25,166 bases of DNA, from positions 1 to 25,166 of the IMG/VR virus record IMGVR_UViG_3300036394_000009. One strand, given 5' to 3'. Under the pieces are notes generated by a model. It was not told where the DNA came from and did not search any database. It worked only from the letters and a program-made list of their open reading frames with translations. The position numbers and the translations under genes are program-made. This DNA is from a virus (lineage: Duplodnaviria; Caudoviricetes). Every line of letters starts with the position of its first letter. The stretch's first letter is position 1. This document shows, piece by piece, positions 1 through 6,309 of this stretch.

Positions 1-116
1 GACGCTCAGGTACCTCAGTCCCTTCTGGTAGTTTCCGGCCGCTCCAACCTCCATCGTCTGCCTCCGCACCGCGTTGTCCGTCGTCTCCGTCGTGATCATT
101 CATGATGGAGACTGCG

Positions 117-518
117 ATGAACTTCCTGCCCCCAGATCGGCACGTACTGCAGCCGTTGGACACGATGGGCGAGGCGCTGAAGGTGGCGGCCAAAGCCGCG
201 TGGCCCTGGAACACCTCCAATCACCTCCAGCGCCGTTGGGGCCTGCATTCCACGACCGCCGAAAACGTCGCGAAGGGGCATGGCTCCTCGCGCACGCTGA
301 TCAAGGCCGTAAGGGCCGAGGGCGCTGACGCCTGGGAACTGTGGGACGCGGTTGGCGAGCTGATCATTGGCGAGAGCCGCGACCAATATGACGAGCGCAA
401 GCTCCAACTCATCCTTGAAAAGACAGCCCATGCCCGAACAAGGCTCGAAGCCCGACGTGCCCGTCGTCTTGAATTGGAGGCGGGCTCCGGCGGCTTCGAC
501 CAAGTGGCTGATCGGTAG
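117..518 (+). CDS. Phage regulatory protein, possibly CII-like (alternative start 102)
   Basis: GGAG lies 6 nt before ATG 117. Helical protein with an HTH-like segment (NHLQRRWGLHSTTAENV), positioned just upstream of the replication genes. Function inferred from position only. Confidence 0.5.
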   Translation: MNFLPPDRHVLQPLDTMGEALKVAAKAAWPWNTSNHLQRRWGLHSTTAENVAKGHGSSRTLIKAVRAEGADAWELWDAVGELIIGESRDQYDERKLQLILEKTAHARTRLEARRARRLELEAGSGGFDQVADR

Positions 519-613
519 CTGGCTCGCCAGAACTGGTGAGGGCATCGGCGAGCCTGGTGTTCGGATGATGGAAGAAGCTGCCGCCAAACTCGCGCAGGCG
601 GGAGGTCGCGACC

Positions 614-2026
614 ATGGCTGACGGCCTCTTCAGCTTTGAGAGCGAGGTCGCGCTGATCGGGGCTGCGATGTACGCGCCCGACAAGTGCGATGCCGCGCTT
701 GAACGTCTTCGACCCGATCACTTCGGTGACCCCATCCATGGCCTGCTCTGGGAGACGATCGGGAAGGTGGTGCGAAGCGGGGGTGCGCCGACGCCAGAGA
801 TTGTTCGGGATCGGATCGGCGCGCACGCCGGCTTCATCGAGTGGGGCGGATTCGACCTGATCTGGACCCTTTGGGATCGGGCGAGCACCGTCGGCATCGC
901 GGACCATACCGAAGCGGTTGCCGACCGCGCGGGACGCAGGGCGATTAAAGCCTTGTTCGACGAGCTGTCGCCCAAGGTTGGTGACACCTCTTCGGGAGAC
1001 TACGTGGAATTGCTGGGGCAACTGGAAGCCGGCGCGGCCGAAATCGCGCGGTCCGCTACGACGGCTGACAGTTGGATCTCCGCGGGCGACATGGTTCGCG
1101 CCGCGCTTACCCGCGCCCGCGCGCGCTCAGGTACGATCAACTACCCGTTTGGTGTGGAGGAGATCGATGAGTTCGTAGGGGGCCTCAACGCTGGCGAGGC
1201 GACGTGGGTCGCGGCTCGTACTGGAATGGGGAAGACCGTGGCGGGCATGACGATTGCTCGTGCCAACGCCACGAAGGGGCTCGGCGTGTGCTTCTTCTCG
1301 CTGGAAATGAGCGCCGAGGCTCTGGGGCTGCGGCTAGCTGCAGACGTCGCGTTCGACCGGGACGCTGCGCATTACGGGCCGCATTCCGACCAATGCAATC
1401 CCACGCCCGATGCTGCGATCAAGAACGGGCTCTCCGCATCCCAATGGGCTCGGCTCAATGCGGCGGAGCGGGTGGTGGACGGTTGGCCGCTATTCACTGA
1501 TGACCGAGCTGGTTTGACAATTTCCCAGATGGAAGCGGCTGCCAGGCGTCAGCACCGGCGCTGGGATAAAGCAGGGATCAAGCCGGGGCCCGTTATTATC
1601 GATCACCTCGGGCGAGTTCGGCCTGGAACGGACCGACGTGGCGCCAAGCACGCCGAGGTGGCCGACATTTCGAACGCCGCCAGCGAGATGGCGAAGCGGC
1701 TGGGTGTACCCGTCGTCGGGCTCGTGCAGTTGAACCGTGGCGTCGAGAACCGCGAGGACAAGCGCCCGCAACTCAGCGATCTGCGCCAAGCGGGCGAACT
1801 GGAGGAGGACGCCCGCCAGGTCGTCTTCATCTACCGCCCGGAATACTACCTGCGCCCGCCAGCCGACGGCGAGACCTTCGATCAGGAGTGTGAGCGCCGG
1901 GAGAAGCTGAAGGCGGTCGAGAAGAAGATGTACTGGATCGTCGGCAAGAACAGCCACGGCCCGCTGGGCGAGGTCCTGACGTACTGCGACATGGCCTCGT
2001 CAGCCGTCCGGACCTGGCAGCCATGA
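614..2026 (+). CDS. dnaB: DnaB-like replicative DNA helicase
   Basis: N-terminal E..LIGA and LRPDHF..PIH motifs; Walker A AARTGMGKT; FFSLEMS; IIDHL; QLNR; LSDLRQAGELEEDA. SD GGAGG upstream. Confidence 0.95.
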   Translation: MADGLFSFESEVALIGAAMYAPDKCDAALERLRPDHFGDPIHGLLWETIGKVVRSGGAPTPEIVRDRIGAHAGFIEWGGFDLIWTLWDRASTVGIADHTEAVADRAGRRAIKALFDELSPKVGDTSSGDYVELLGQLEAGAAEIARSATTADSWISAGDMVRAALTRARARSGTINYPFGVEEIDEFVGGLNAGEATWVAARTGMGKTVAGMTIARANATKGLGVCFFSLEMSAEALGLRLAADVAFDRDAAHYGPHSDQCNPTPDAAIKNGLSASQWARLNAAERVVDGWPLFTDDRAGLTISQMEAAARRQHRRWDKAGIKPGPVIIDHLGRVRPGTDRRGAKHAEVADISNAASEMAKRLGVPVVGLVQLNRGVENREDKRPQLSDLRQAGELEEDARQVVFIYRPEYYLRPPADGETFDQECERREKLKAVEKKMYWIVGKNSHGPLGEVLTYCDMASSAVRTWQP

Positions 2027-2910
2027 GTAAGGTCGCGAGGGATTGGGCGAAGCGTCAGAAGGCAGGCTCGGCGAGCGCGAAGGTCGTTCTCTTGGTGCTG
2101 GCAGACCATGCCGACAATGGCGGCCTCTGCTGGCCGTCGCGCGCGACGATCGCCGAGCTGACCGAACTCTCGGTGCGGAGCGTTGTCGACCAACTCAAAG
2201 CGCTAGAGGCCCGCGGCCTGATCGCTCGTGACGAGCGAAACAGGGAAGACGGCTCGCAAACGAGCAGCTTCATCCAGCTAAATCTCGAACGCGATGAGGG
2301 GGTGCAGGAGCTGCAGGGGGGAGTGCAAGACCTGCACCCCCCGGTGCAAGACGTTCACGGGGGGGTGCAGGAGATGCACCCCGGGGGTGCAAGGCTTGCA
2401 CCCCTTGAACCAACACTAGAACCTTTAGAACTAGGAACTAACGTTCCTGTCGCATCGGCTGCGCCGAGCGCGACCGTATCGAGTTCCGAAGAGCCTTGGA
2501 CCAAGGACGTCGAGTTCGCCAAGCTCTGGGAAATCGCCACGCCCCAAATGCGCAGGCGAGCGAAGTCCAAGGCCAAGGCCTGGCCGGAGTGGCGCAAGCT
2601 CCGGAAAGCCACTGATCCGGCCGTCGTGCTGTCTGGGCTAGTTGCCTACCTGTCGGGCGATCCCGACGTGAAGCGCACCGGCGGTCCTGGTCTGCACATT
2701 TGGCTGCGTGACCGGACGTTTGAATCCTGGGCCAGCGAAGAACAGATCGAGCTCGGTGCTGGATGGACCGACGCCCGGTGGGCAGCAGCGGTCGGCATCT
2801 GGCGATCCGACGGCCGCTGGGATGATCGCCTAGGCCCGGAGCCGGGAAGGCCGGGCTGCAGGGTTCCCGGCCCGCTCATCATCGAACTTACTCAGGGAGT
2901 AGCCGCTTGA
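2023..2910 (+). CDS. Phage replication initiator with N-terminal winged HTH
   Basis: KVVLLVLADHAD..GLCWPSRATIAELTELSVRSV..LKALEARGLI is a typical phage-initiator HTH. It has an internal iteron array and an ATGA overlap with dnaB. Confidence 0.85.
   Translation: MSKVARDWAKRQKAGSASAKVVLLVLADHADNGGLCWPSRATIAELTELSVRSVVDQLKALEARGLIARDERNREDGSQTSSFIQLNLERDEGVQELQGGVQDLHPPVQDVHGGVQEMHPGGARLAPLEPTLEPLELGTNVPVASAAPSATVSSSEEPWTKDVEFAKLWEIATPQMRRRAKSKAKAWPEWRKLRKATDPAVVLSGLVAYLSGDPDVKRTGGPGLHIWLRDRTFESWASEEQIELGAGWTDARWAAAVGIWRSDGRWDDRLGPEPGRPGCRVPGPLIIELTQGVAA
2299..2404. repeat. Five ~21-bp palindromic iterons (GTGCA-N5-TGCAC core); probable phage replication origin
   Basis: Units: ggggtgca-ggagc-tgcagggg, ggagtgca-agacc-tgcacccc, ccggtgca-agacg-ttcacggg, ggggtgca-ggaga-tgcacccc, gggggtgca-aggct-tgcacccc. 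A more A/T-rich stretch with GAAC repeats follows (about 2405-2447). Confidence 0.85.
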
Positions 2911-3146
2911 GCATCGAGGCGCCTCGGAGACCTAATGGAAAACAGGATCGGCTGTCCCGCGCGGAGGCTGCGGGCCGACAAGCCGGTGCCCGGGGTGTTA
3001 CGCCTGATCAGAATCCCTACGCCGTGTCGGCTAACCGTGCGGCGTGGGAAGCGGGACGTGTCGTTGCAACCTGCCGATTGGGTGGCCTCTCTATCGGCGA
3101 TCTGATGCGTGGCGCTGGAATTGAAGAGGGGGGAAACGGACGATGA
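2907..3146 (+). CDS. Ribosome modulation factor (RMF)-like small protein
   Basis: KQDRLSRAEAAGRQAGARG.....NPY.....R..W..G aligns without gaps to E. coli RMF as recalled. SD AGGGAG; the TTG start overlaps the initiator TGA. Confidence 0.7.
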   Translation: MSIEAPRRPNGKQDRLSRAEAAGRQAGARGVTPDQNPYAVSANRAAWEAGRVVATCRLGGLSIGDLMRGAGIEEGGNGR

Positions 3147-3424
3147 TGACCGACGATCCAAAAGCAAAGGGCGCGGGGCGGGCTGTCGTTAAGCCTCGCC
3201 GAGCTATCCGCCCGATCGACACTTACATCGGCCAGGAGCTCAAGGCGCGCCGCAAGGCGGCTAGCTTGAGTCAGTCCGCCCTCGCTGAAACGGTGGGCGT
3301 CGCCTACCAGCAGATCCAAAAATACGAGAGGGGCGAAAACCGCATCTCCGTTGCTCGCCTGATTGAGATAGCTCGCGTCCTCGACTGCAAAATCACCGAC
3401 TTCATTCCCGAAGAAGACCGCTGA
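3143..3424 (+). CDS. XRE-family HTH transcriptional regulator
   Basis: IDTYIGQELKARR...LSQSALAETVGVAYQQIQKYERGENRISVARL is a classic alphaproteobacterial XRE signature. ATGA overlap with the upstream gene. Confidence 0.92.
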   Translation: MMTDDPKAKGAGRAVVKPRRAIRPIDTYIGQELKARRKAASLSQSALAETVGVAYQQIQKYERGENRISVARLIEIARVLDCKITDFIPEEDR

Positions 3425-3957
3425 TGACATCCCAGGCCGAGCGCGCGCGTCTGAAGAAGCAAGCCCGCAAGATTAGCCCCGCGGCGCCCCGCCATGCGCC
3501 GGCCGATCCGAACAAGCCGCGGGCGGTGACCAACCTGCCGCCGCCCCAGGACCGGGACGGCCTGCTCTGGCTGATCAAGAAGAAGCGCCTGACCACGGCG
3601 CAGATCCAGGTGGCGAAGACTTGGCGCGATGCTGTGCGTGACGCAGGCGGCGTGTCGATCCGCTCGTGCATCGACGATACTGCGTCTGGTGGCGGTGGTC
3701 CGGCCTGGCAGCGCCTGCAGGCCGCCTATGTCGCGGCATCAGCCTCGAAGGCGTGGCTCGAACACATGCGCCAGGACGTGCTTCGCGGTCAGGTCGACAT
3801 GCTCACGGTTATGGACGGCGTGTGCGGGGCAGGGCGGACGCTTAGGGAGCTGGCCGGCGGGAATGATCGCAGGGCGGGAGAGCTTGAGGCGGTGCTGCGG
3901 GTGGCGCTGGACTTAAGCGCGGGCGTTAGACCAACCAGTCTGGAACGAGCTGCTTAG
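3424..3957 (+). CDS. DUF6456/GafZ-like putative late-gene activator or antiterminator (Q analogue)
   Basis: DGLLWL..KKRLT..Q..A..W, then a C-terminal sigma4-like HTH (VCGAGRTLRELAG...LRVALDL). It is the last early gene before a promoter-terminator leader and the terminase genes. Confidence 0.7.
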   Translation: MTSQAERARLKKQARKISPAAPRHAPADPNKPRAVTNLPPPQDRDGLLWLIKKKRLTTAQIQVAKTWRDAVRDAGGVSIRSCIDDTASGGGGPAWQRLQAAYVAASASKAWLEHMRQDVLRGQVDMLTVMDGVCGAGRTLRELAGGNDRRAGELEAVLRVALDLSAGVRPTSLERAA

Positions 3958-4895
3958 AAGTCGCGAGGGCTTTTGCATGCTTCACCGGTGACGGCTCCGT
4001 CGTCGGTGATGAACCACATCCCGCAATGATGCGATCTGTGTCGCTGTCTGCCAGCTCCCTCGTACTCGATGTATCCGACGGTGTAGATCGCGATCTCTCC
4101 AGCGCGGAGACTTTGGATGTGGGCTTCTGTCAGGACGGTTGGGAGCTGCATCGCTCCCTCAAACTGCGTTCCAGGACCGATGGTCACCGGCGGCGCACGT
4201 TGCGGCTTCAAAAGCTTCCAGGGGTTCACCGAAGGTGAGCGCGGGAGCATGGCGACAACGAACTCATTGTTTGCATTGTAGGCTGGGACGTTTCCCGCAT
4301 TTCGGGCCTGCCATTGAATTCGGGGTCGTGCGCCTACGGTGAAGCCGTCTCGTACAGAAGTGATCTGCATGTAGGGGCGCAGTTGGTTTGCGGCGTTCCG
4401 TTCAGACGCAGAGAACTGGCTGCGCGCTACGCCTACGCTCTCTTGAGCAACCCCGACAGATGCTCCGATCGCCTCCACCTGAGCAAGCGCCGCATCGGCT
4501 GCCTTGGCTGCTGCAGCGGCTTGCATTTTCGCTGCGTCTGCTTGGGTCTGGATGGCGCGGACCTGATCCCTCTGGAGCTCGCCGCCAGAGTGAGTTTCCC
4601 ACCATTGCAAGCCAGTAAACCCTGCGGCCAATATCGCGACCCCCGCCGTAACCGCGGTAGCGATTAGGCTGGTACGAGTTAGCCGCACCATTGCCCATTC
4701 GGCGTCAGAACCTCGATTGCGCTGCTGCTCTACGGACTCTGGCGGCGATGTCCCCATGGTCTCACCGTCGCCTAGCCGCGACTTACCGGCCTCATCCTCC
4801 GAGATTGCCGCCTTTTCGGGTTTGATTGTTTCAGTTGGCTTGTTAGCCGGCTTAACGGGTCCAGCGTCCACACCACCCTCCCCAAGTGCGATCAA
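3954..4895 (-). CDS. Moron: single-TM membrane protein with Ala/Gln-rich helical stalk and C-terminal beta domain (true start possibly ATG 4757)
   Basis: TM segment LIATAVTAGVAILAAGFTGLQWW, Ala-rich helix, then LRPY...N.G..PA. Opposite orientation to the phage backbone, less GC-biased, stop overlaps the upstream gene's stop. Confidence 0.75.
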   Translation of the reverse strand: MIALGEGGVDAGPVKPANKPTETIKPEKAAISEDEAGKSRLGDGETMGTSPPESVEQQRNRGSDAEWAMVRLTRTSLIATAVTAGVAILAAGFTGLQWWETHSGGELQRDQVRAIQTQADAAKMQAAAAAKAADAALAQVEAIGASVGVAQESVGVARSQFSASERNAANQLRPYMQITSVRDGFTVGARPRIQWQARNAGNVPAYNANNEFVVAMLPRSPSVNPWKLLKPQRAPPVTIGPGTQFEGAMQLPTVLTEAHIQSLRAGEIAIYTVGYIEYEGAGRQRHRSHHCGMWFITDDGAVTGEACKSPRDF

Positions 4896-4919
4896 TTGTT
4901 GTCGAGCTTAGCCTTGAAC

Positions 4920-4948
4920 TTGCAATCCCGCGCAAACTGATTCAGACT
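4920..4948 (+). promoter_or_regulatory. Putative sigma70-type late promoter (TTGCAA-N17-CAGACT)
   Basis: -35 TTGCAA at 4920-4925, 17-nt spacer, -10 CAGACT at 4943-4948. An intrinsic terminator starts 26 nt later, as in a pR'/tR' layout. Confidence 0.45.
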
Positions 4949-4973
4949 CAACCTATCGCTCGAAGAGTGTTCG

Positions 4974-5000
4974 AAGCCCGCCCCGCAAGGCGGGCTTTTT
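4974..5000 (+). terminator. Intrinsic terminator (may also serve the convergent 5006-5206 gene)
   Basis: aagcccgcc-ccgcaa-ggcgggctt perfect 9-bp stem, ending in a T5 run. Confidence 0.85.
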
Positions 5001-5005
5001 GCTGG

Positions 5006-5206
5006 CTACTTTATCTCTGAGGTGTCGACGCGGCGGTACGAGGTCGCGTTTAGGCACTGAGCGTAGAGTTCGAGCGCATTTCGAACTTTCTCCTGTGCGG
5101 TGCCGTCGCGGGCAACTACGCCACTGAGCGATCTCCAAAGCTCGAAGGCCACCCGTTCCGGGCTCCCGCTATCCGGCCAGTTCGCGACGCTCACTTGGTC
5201 AGCCAT
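5006..5206 (-). CDS. 66-aa hypothetical protein (moron)
   Basis: AGGAGG lies 6 nt before ATG 5206. Sequence MADQVSVANWPDSGSPERVAFELW...ALELYAQCLNAT. The stop abuts the 4974-5000 hairpin. Confidence 0.8.
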   Translation of the reverse strand: MADQVSVANWPDSGSPERVAFELWRSLSGVVARDGTAQEKVRNALELYAQCLNATSYRRVDTSEIK

Positions 5207-5316
5207 GTCCATCCTCCTCTGATGATTGCACAAAGATATCGGAACGAGCTTGGCTGTCGACATCAGGCTTTGCCCACCAGCGGTGAGCGAAGGGTTCGTC
5301 TAAGCGAAGATTCTCA

Positions 5317-5370
5317 ATGACCCGAGGAAGCAAACCCGGCGAGCGTCGCGGCGGGCGGCAGGAAGGCACC
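5317..5370 (+). pseudogene. Relic 5' end of a terminase-small-subunit-type gene
   Basis: ATG 5317 reads MTRGSKPGERRGGRQEGT, matching the GGRQKGT motif of the intact gene at 6019 (ggcgggcggcaggaaggcacc vs ggcggacgacagaagggcacg). It then runs into unrelated sequence (stop at 5448). Confidence 0.6.
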
Positions 5371-5392
5371 GCCCTAATCCGGCGGGGTTTTT
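5369..5392 (+). terminator. Possible weak intrinsic terminator
   Basis: ccgcc-ctaatcc-ggcgg followed by gg and T5. It competes with an alternative gggcgg(5353-5358)/ccgccc(5369-5374) stem. Confidence 0.4.
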
Positions 5393-5400
5393 CGTCGGGT

Positions 5401-5435
5401 AGAAGAAAACGGGAGCCCAGAGACCTGGACTCCCG
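5401..5435 (-). terminator. Intrinsic terminator of the 34-aa peptide gene
   Basis: On the minus strand: cgggagtccag-gtct-ctgggctcccg (11 bp with one G-U), then ttttcttct. It begins 5 nt after the TAA. Confidence 0.85.
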
Positions 5436-5440
5436 CCGTC

Positions 5441-5545
5441 TTAGCTAAGGACAAGCCTGACGATCTCTACGATCGCCCACGCTACGGGCCAGAGGCACGC
5501 AGCTACGCCTACCTTCACTTCGACAGTGAACTGAGTTTTCTTCAT
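5441..5545 (-). CDS. 34-aa hydrophobic peptide, type I toxin-like (not in ORF track)
   Basis: MKKTQFTVEVKVGVAACLWPVAWAIVEIVRLVLS*. GAGGG lies 10 nt upstream and a dedicated terminator follows immediately downstream. Confidence 0.7.
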   Translation of the reverse strand: MKKTQFTVEVKVGVAACLWPVAWAIVEIVRLVLS

Positions 5546-5932
5546 GAGAAGGGGACCCTCAGGCCACGCCGGCGCAGCCCGGAGGTTGCGTCTTCGCGTC
5601 CGCGTTGCGGTATAGCCGCCGCTCGCGGATTTATCGGCTCACCATCCACGCTCTAGAAACGCTTCCGGTGCCCGCCGTTGATCTGTCGCTTGCCGTTCGG
5701 GTTGCCGTGCGACGGTCCCTTATGGTGCGAACACGGCGCTACGCTTCTTTCCTCGTCTGGCATCACGCCCACGACGGTTCCTGGAAGGATTGTCGCCGTG
5801 TTGACGGGCAGTGAAGGGTGACCGCCGATCAAAACGGGCCTTTCGCAGCGTGAGCGAATGGTGGGACGAACCTCCCGCCTGAGTCGAGTCGATTATCTTT
5901 CCTCGTGGGGGGTGCCCAGGGGAGGACCCTGA

Positions 5933-6016
5933 ATGGCGAAGCTGCGCCGCGCCCCATCCAATCGCCAGGACACCGCAAGGTCTGGTCGGAGGCAGAGCTA
6001 CAACAGCTCTGAATAG
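5933..6016 (+). CDS. 27-aa leader ORF or gene relic immediately upstream of terS
   Basis: GGAGG lies 7 nt before ATG 5933. Sequence MAKLRRAPSNRQDTARSGRRQSYNSSE*. The TAG ends 2 nt before the terS ATG, which lacks an obvious SD. Confidence 0.35.
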   Translation: MAKLRRAPSNRQDTARSGRRQSYNSSE

Positions 6017-6018
6017 CT

Positions 6019-6309
6019 ATGGCCGTACCCAAAGGCACGCGCATAGGCGGACGACAGAAGGGCACGCCGAACAAGGCGACCGCTGACGTCAAAGCCGCTG
6101 CGCAGAAGTATACCGACGAGGCTCTGAAGGCGTTGGCGTCGATCATGCGCGACAGCGACAGCGATGCCGCCAAGGTCGCGGCGATTAGGGAGATCCTGGA
6201 CCGTGGCCACGGCAAGCCCAAACAGGCGCTGGTCGGCGGCGATGAAGGCGACGCGCCCTTAAAGCTCGTTAGCCGCGTAGAGCGTGTGATTGTCCGCCCT
6301 TCGCATTGA
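6019..6309 (+). CDS. Putative terminase small subunit
   Basis: GGRQKGTPNK N-terminal motif and ILDRGHGKP. It directly precedes and overlaps terL. Confidence 0.75.
   Translation: MAVPKGTRIGGRQKGTPNKATADVKAAAQKYTDEALKALASIMRDSDSDAAKVAAIREILDRGHGKPKQALVGGDEGDAPLKLVSRVERVIVRPSH

Noticed and set aside
367-621. 84-aa ORF bridging the first gene and dnaB
   Set aside because: It mostly overlaps 117-518 out of frame. A short real gene in its 3' part cannot be excluded but is unsupported.
2299-2404. Possible CRISPR-like array
   Set aside because: The variable part is only 5 nt, the array lies inside a CDS and no cas genes are present; it fits iterons.
5264-5400. Possible tRNA, riboswitch or known sRNA
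   Set aside because: No cloverleaf/T-loop or aptamer consensus was recognised; much of it is explained by the terS relic and a terminator-like hairpin.
5605-5814. 69-aa plus-strand ORF
   Set aside because: TTG start without SD, atypical codons and no motif.
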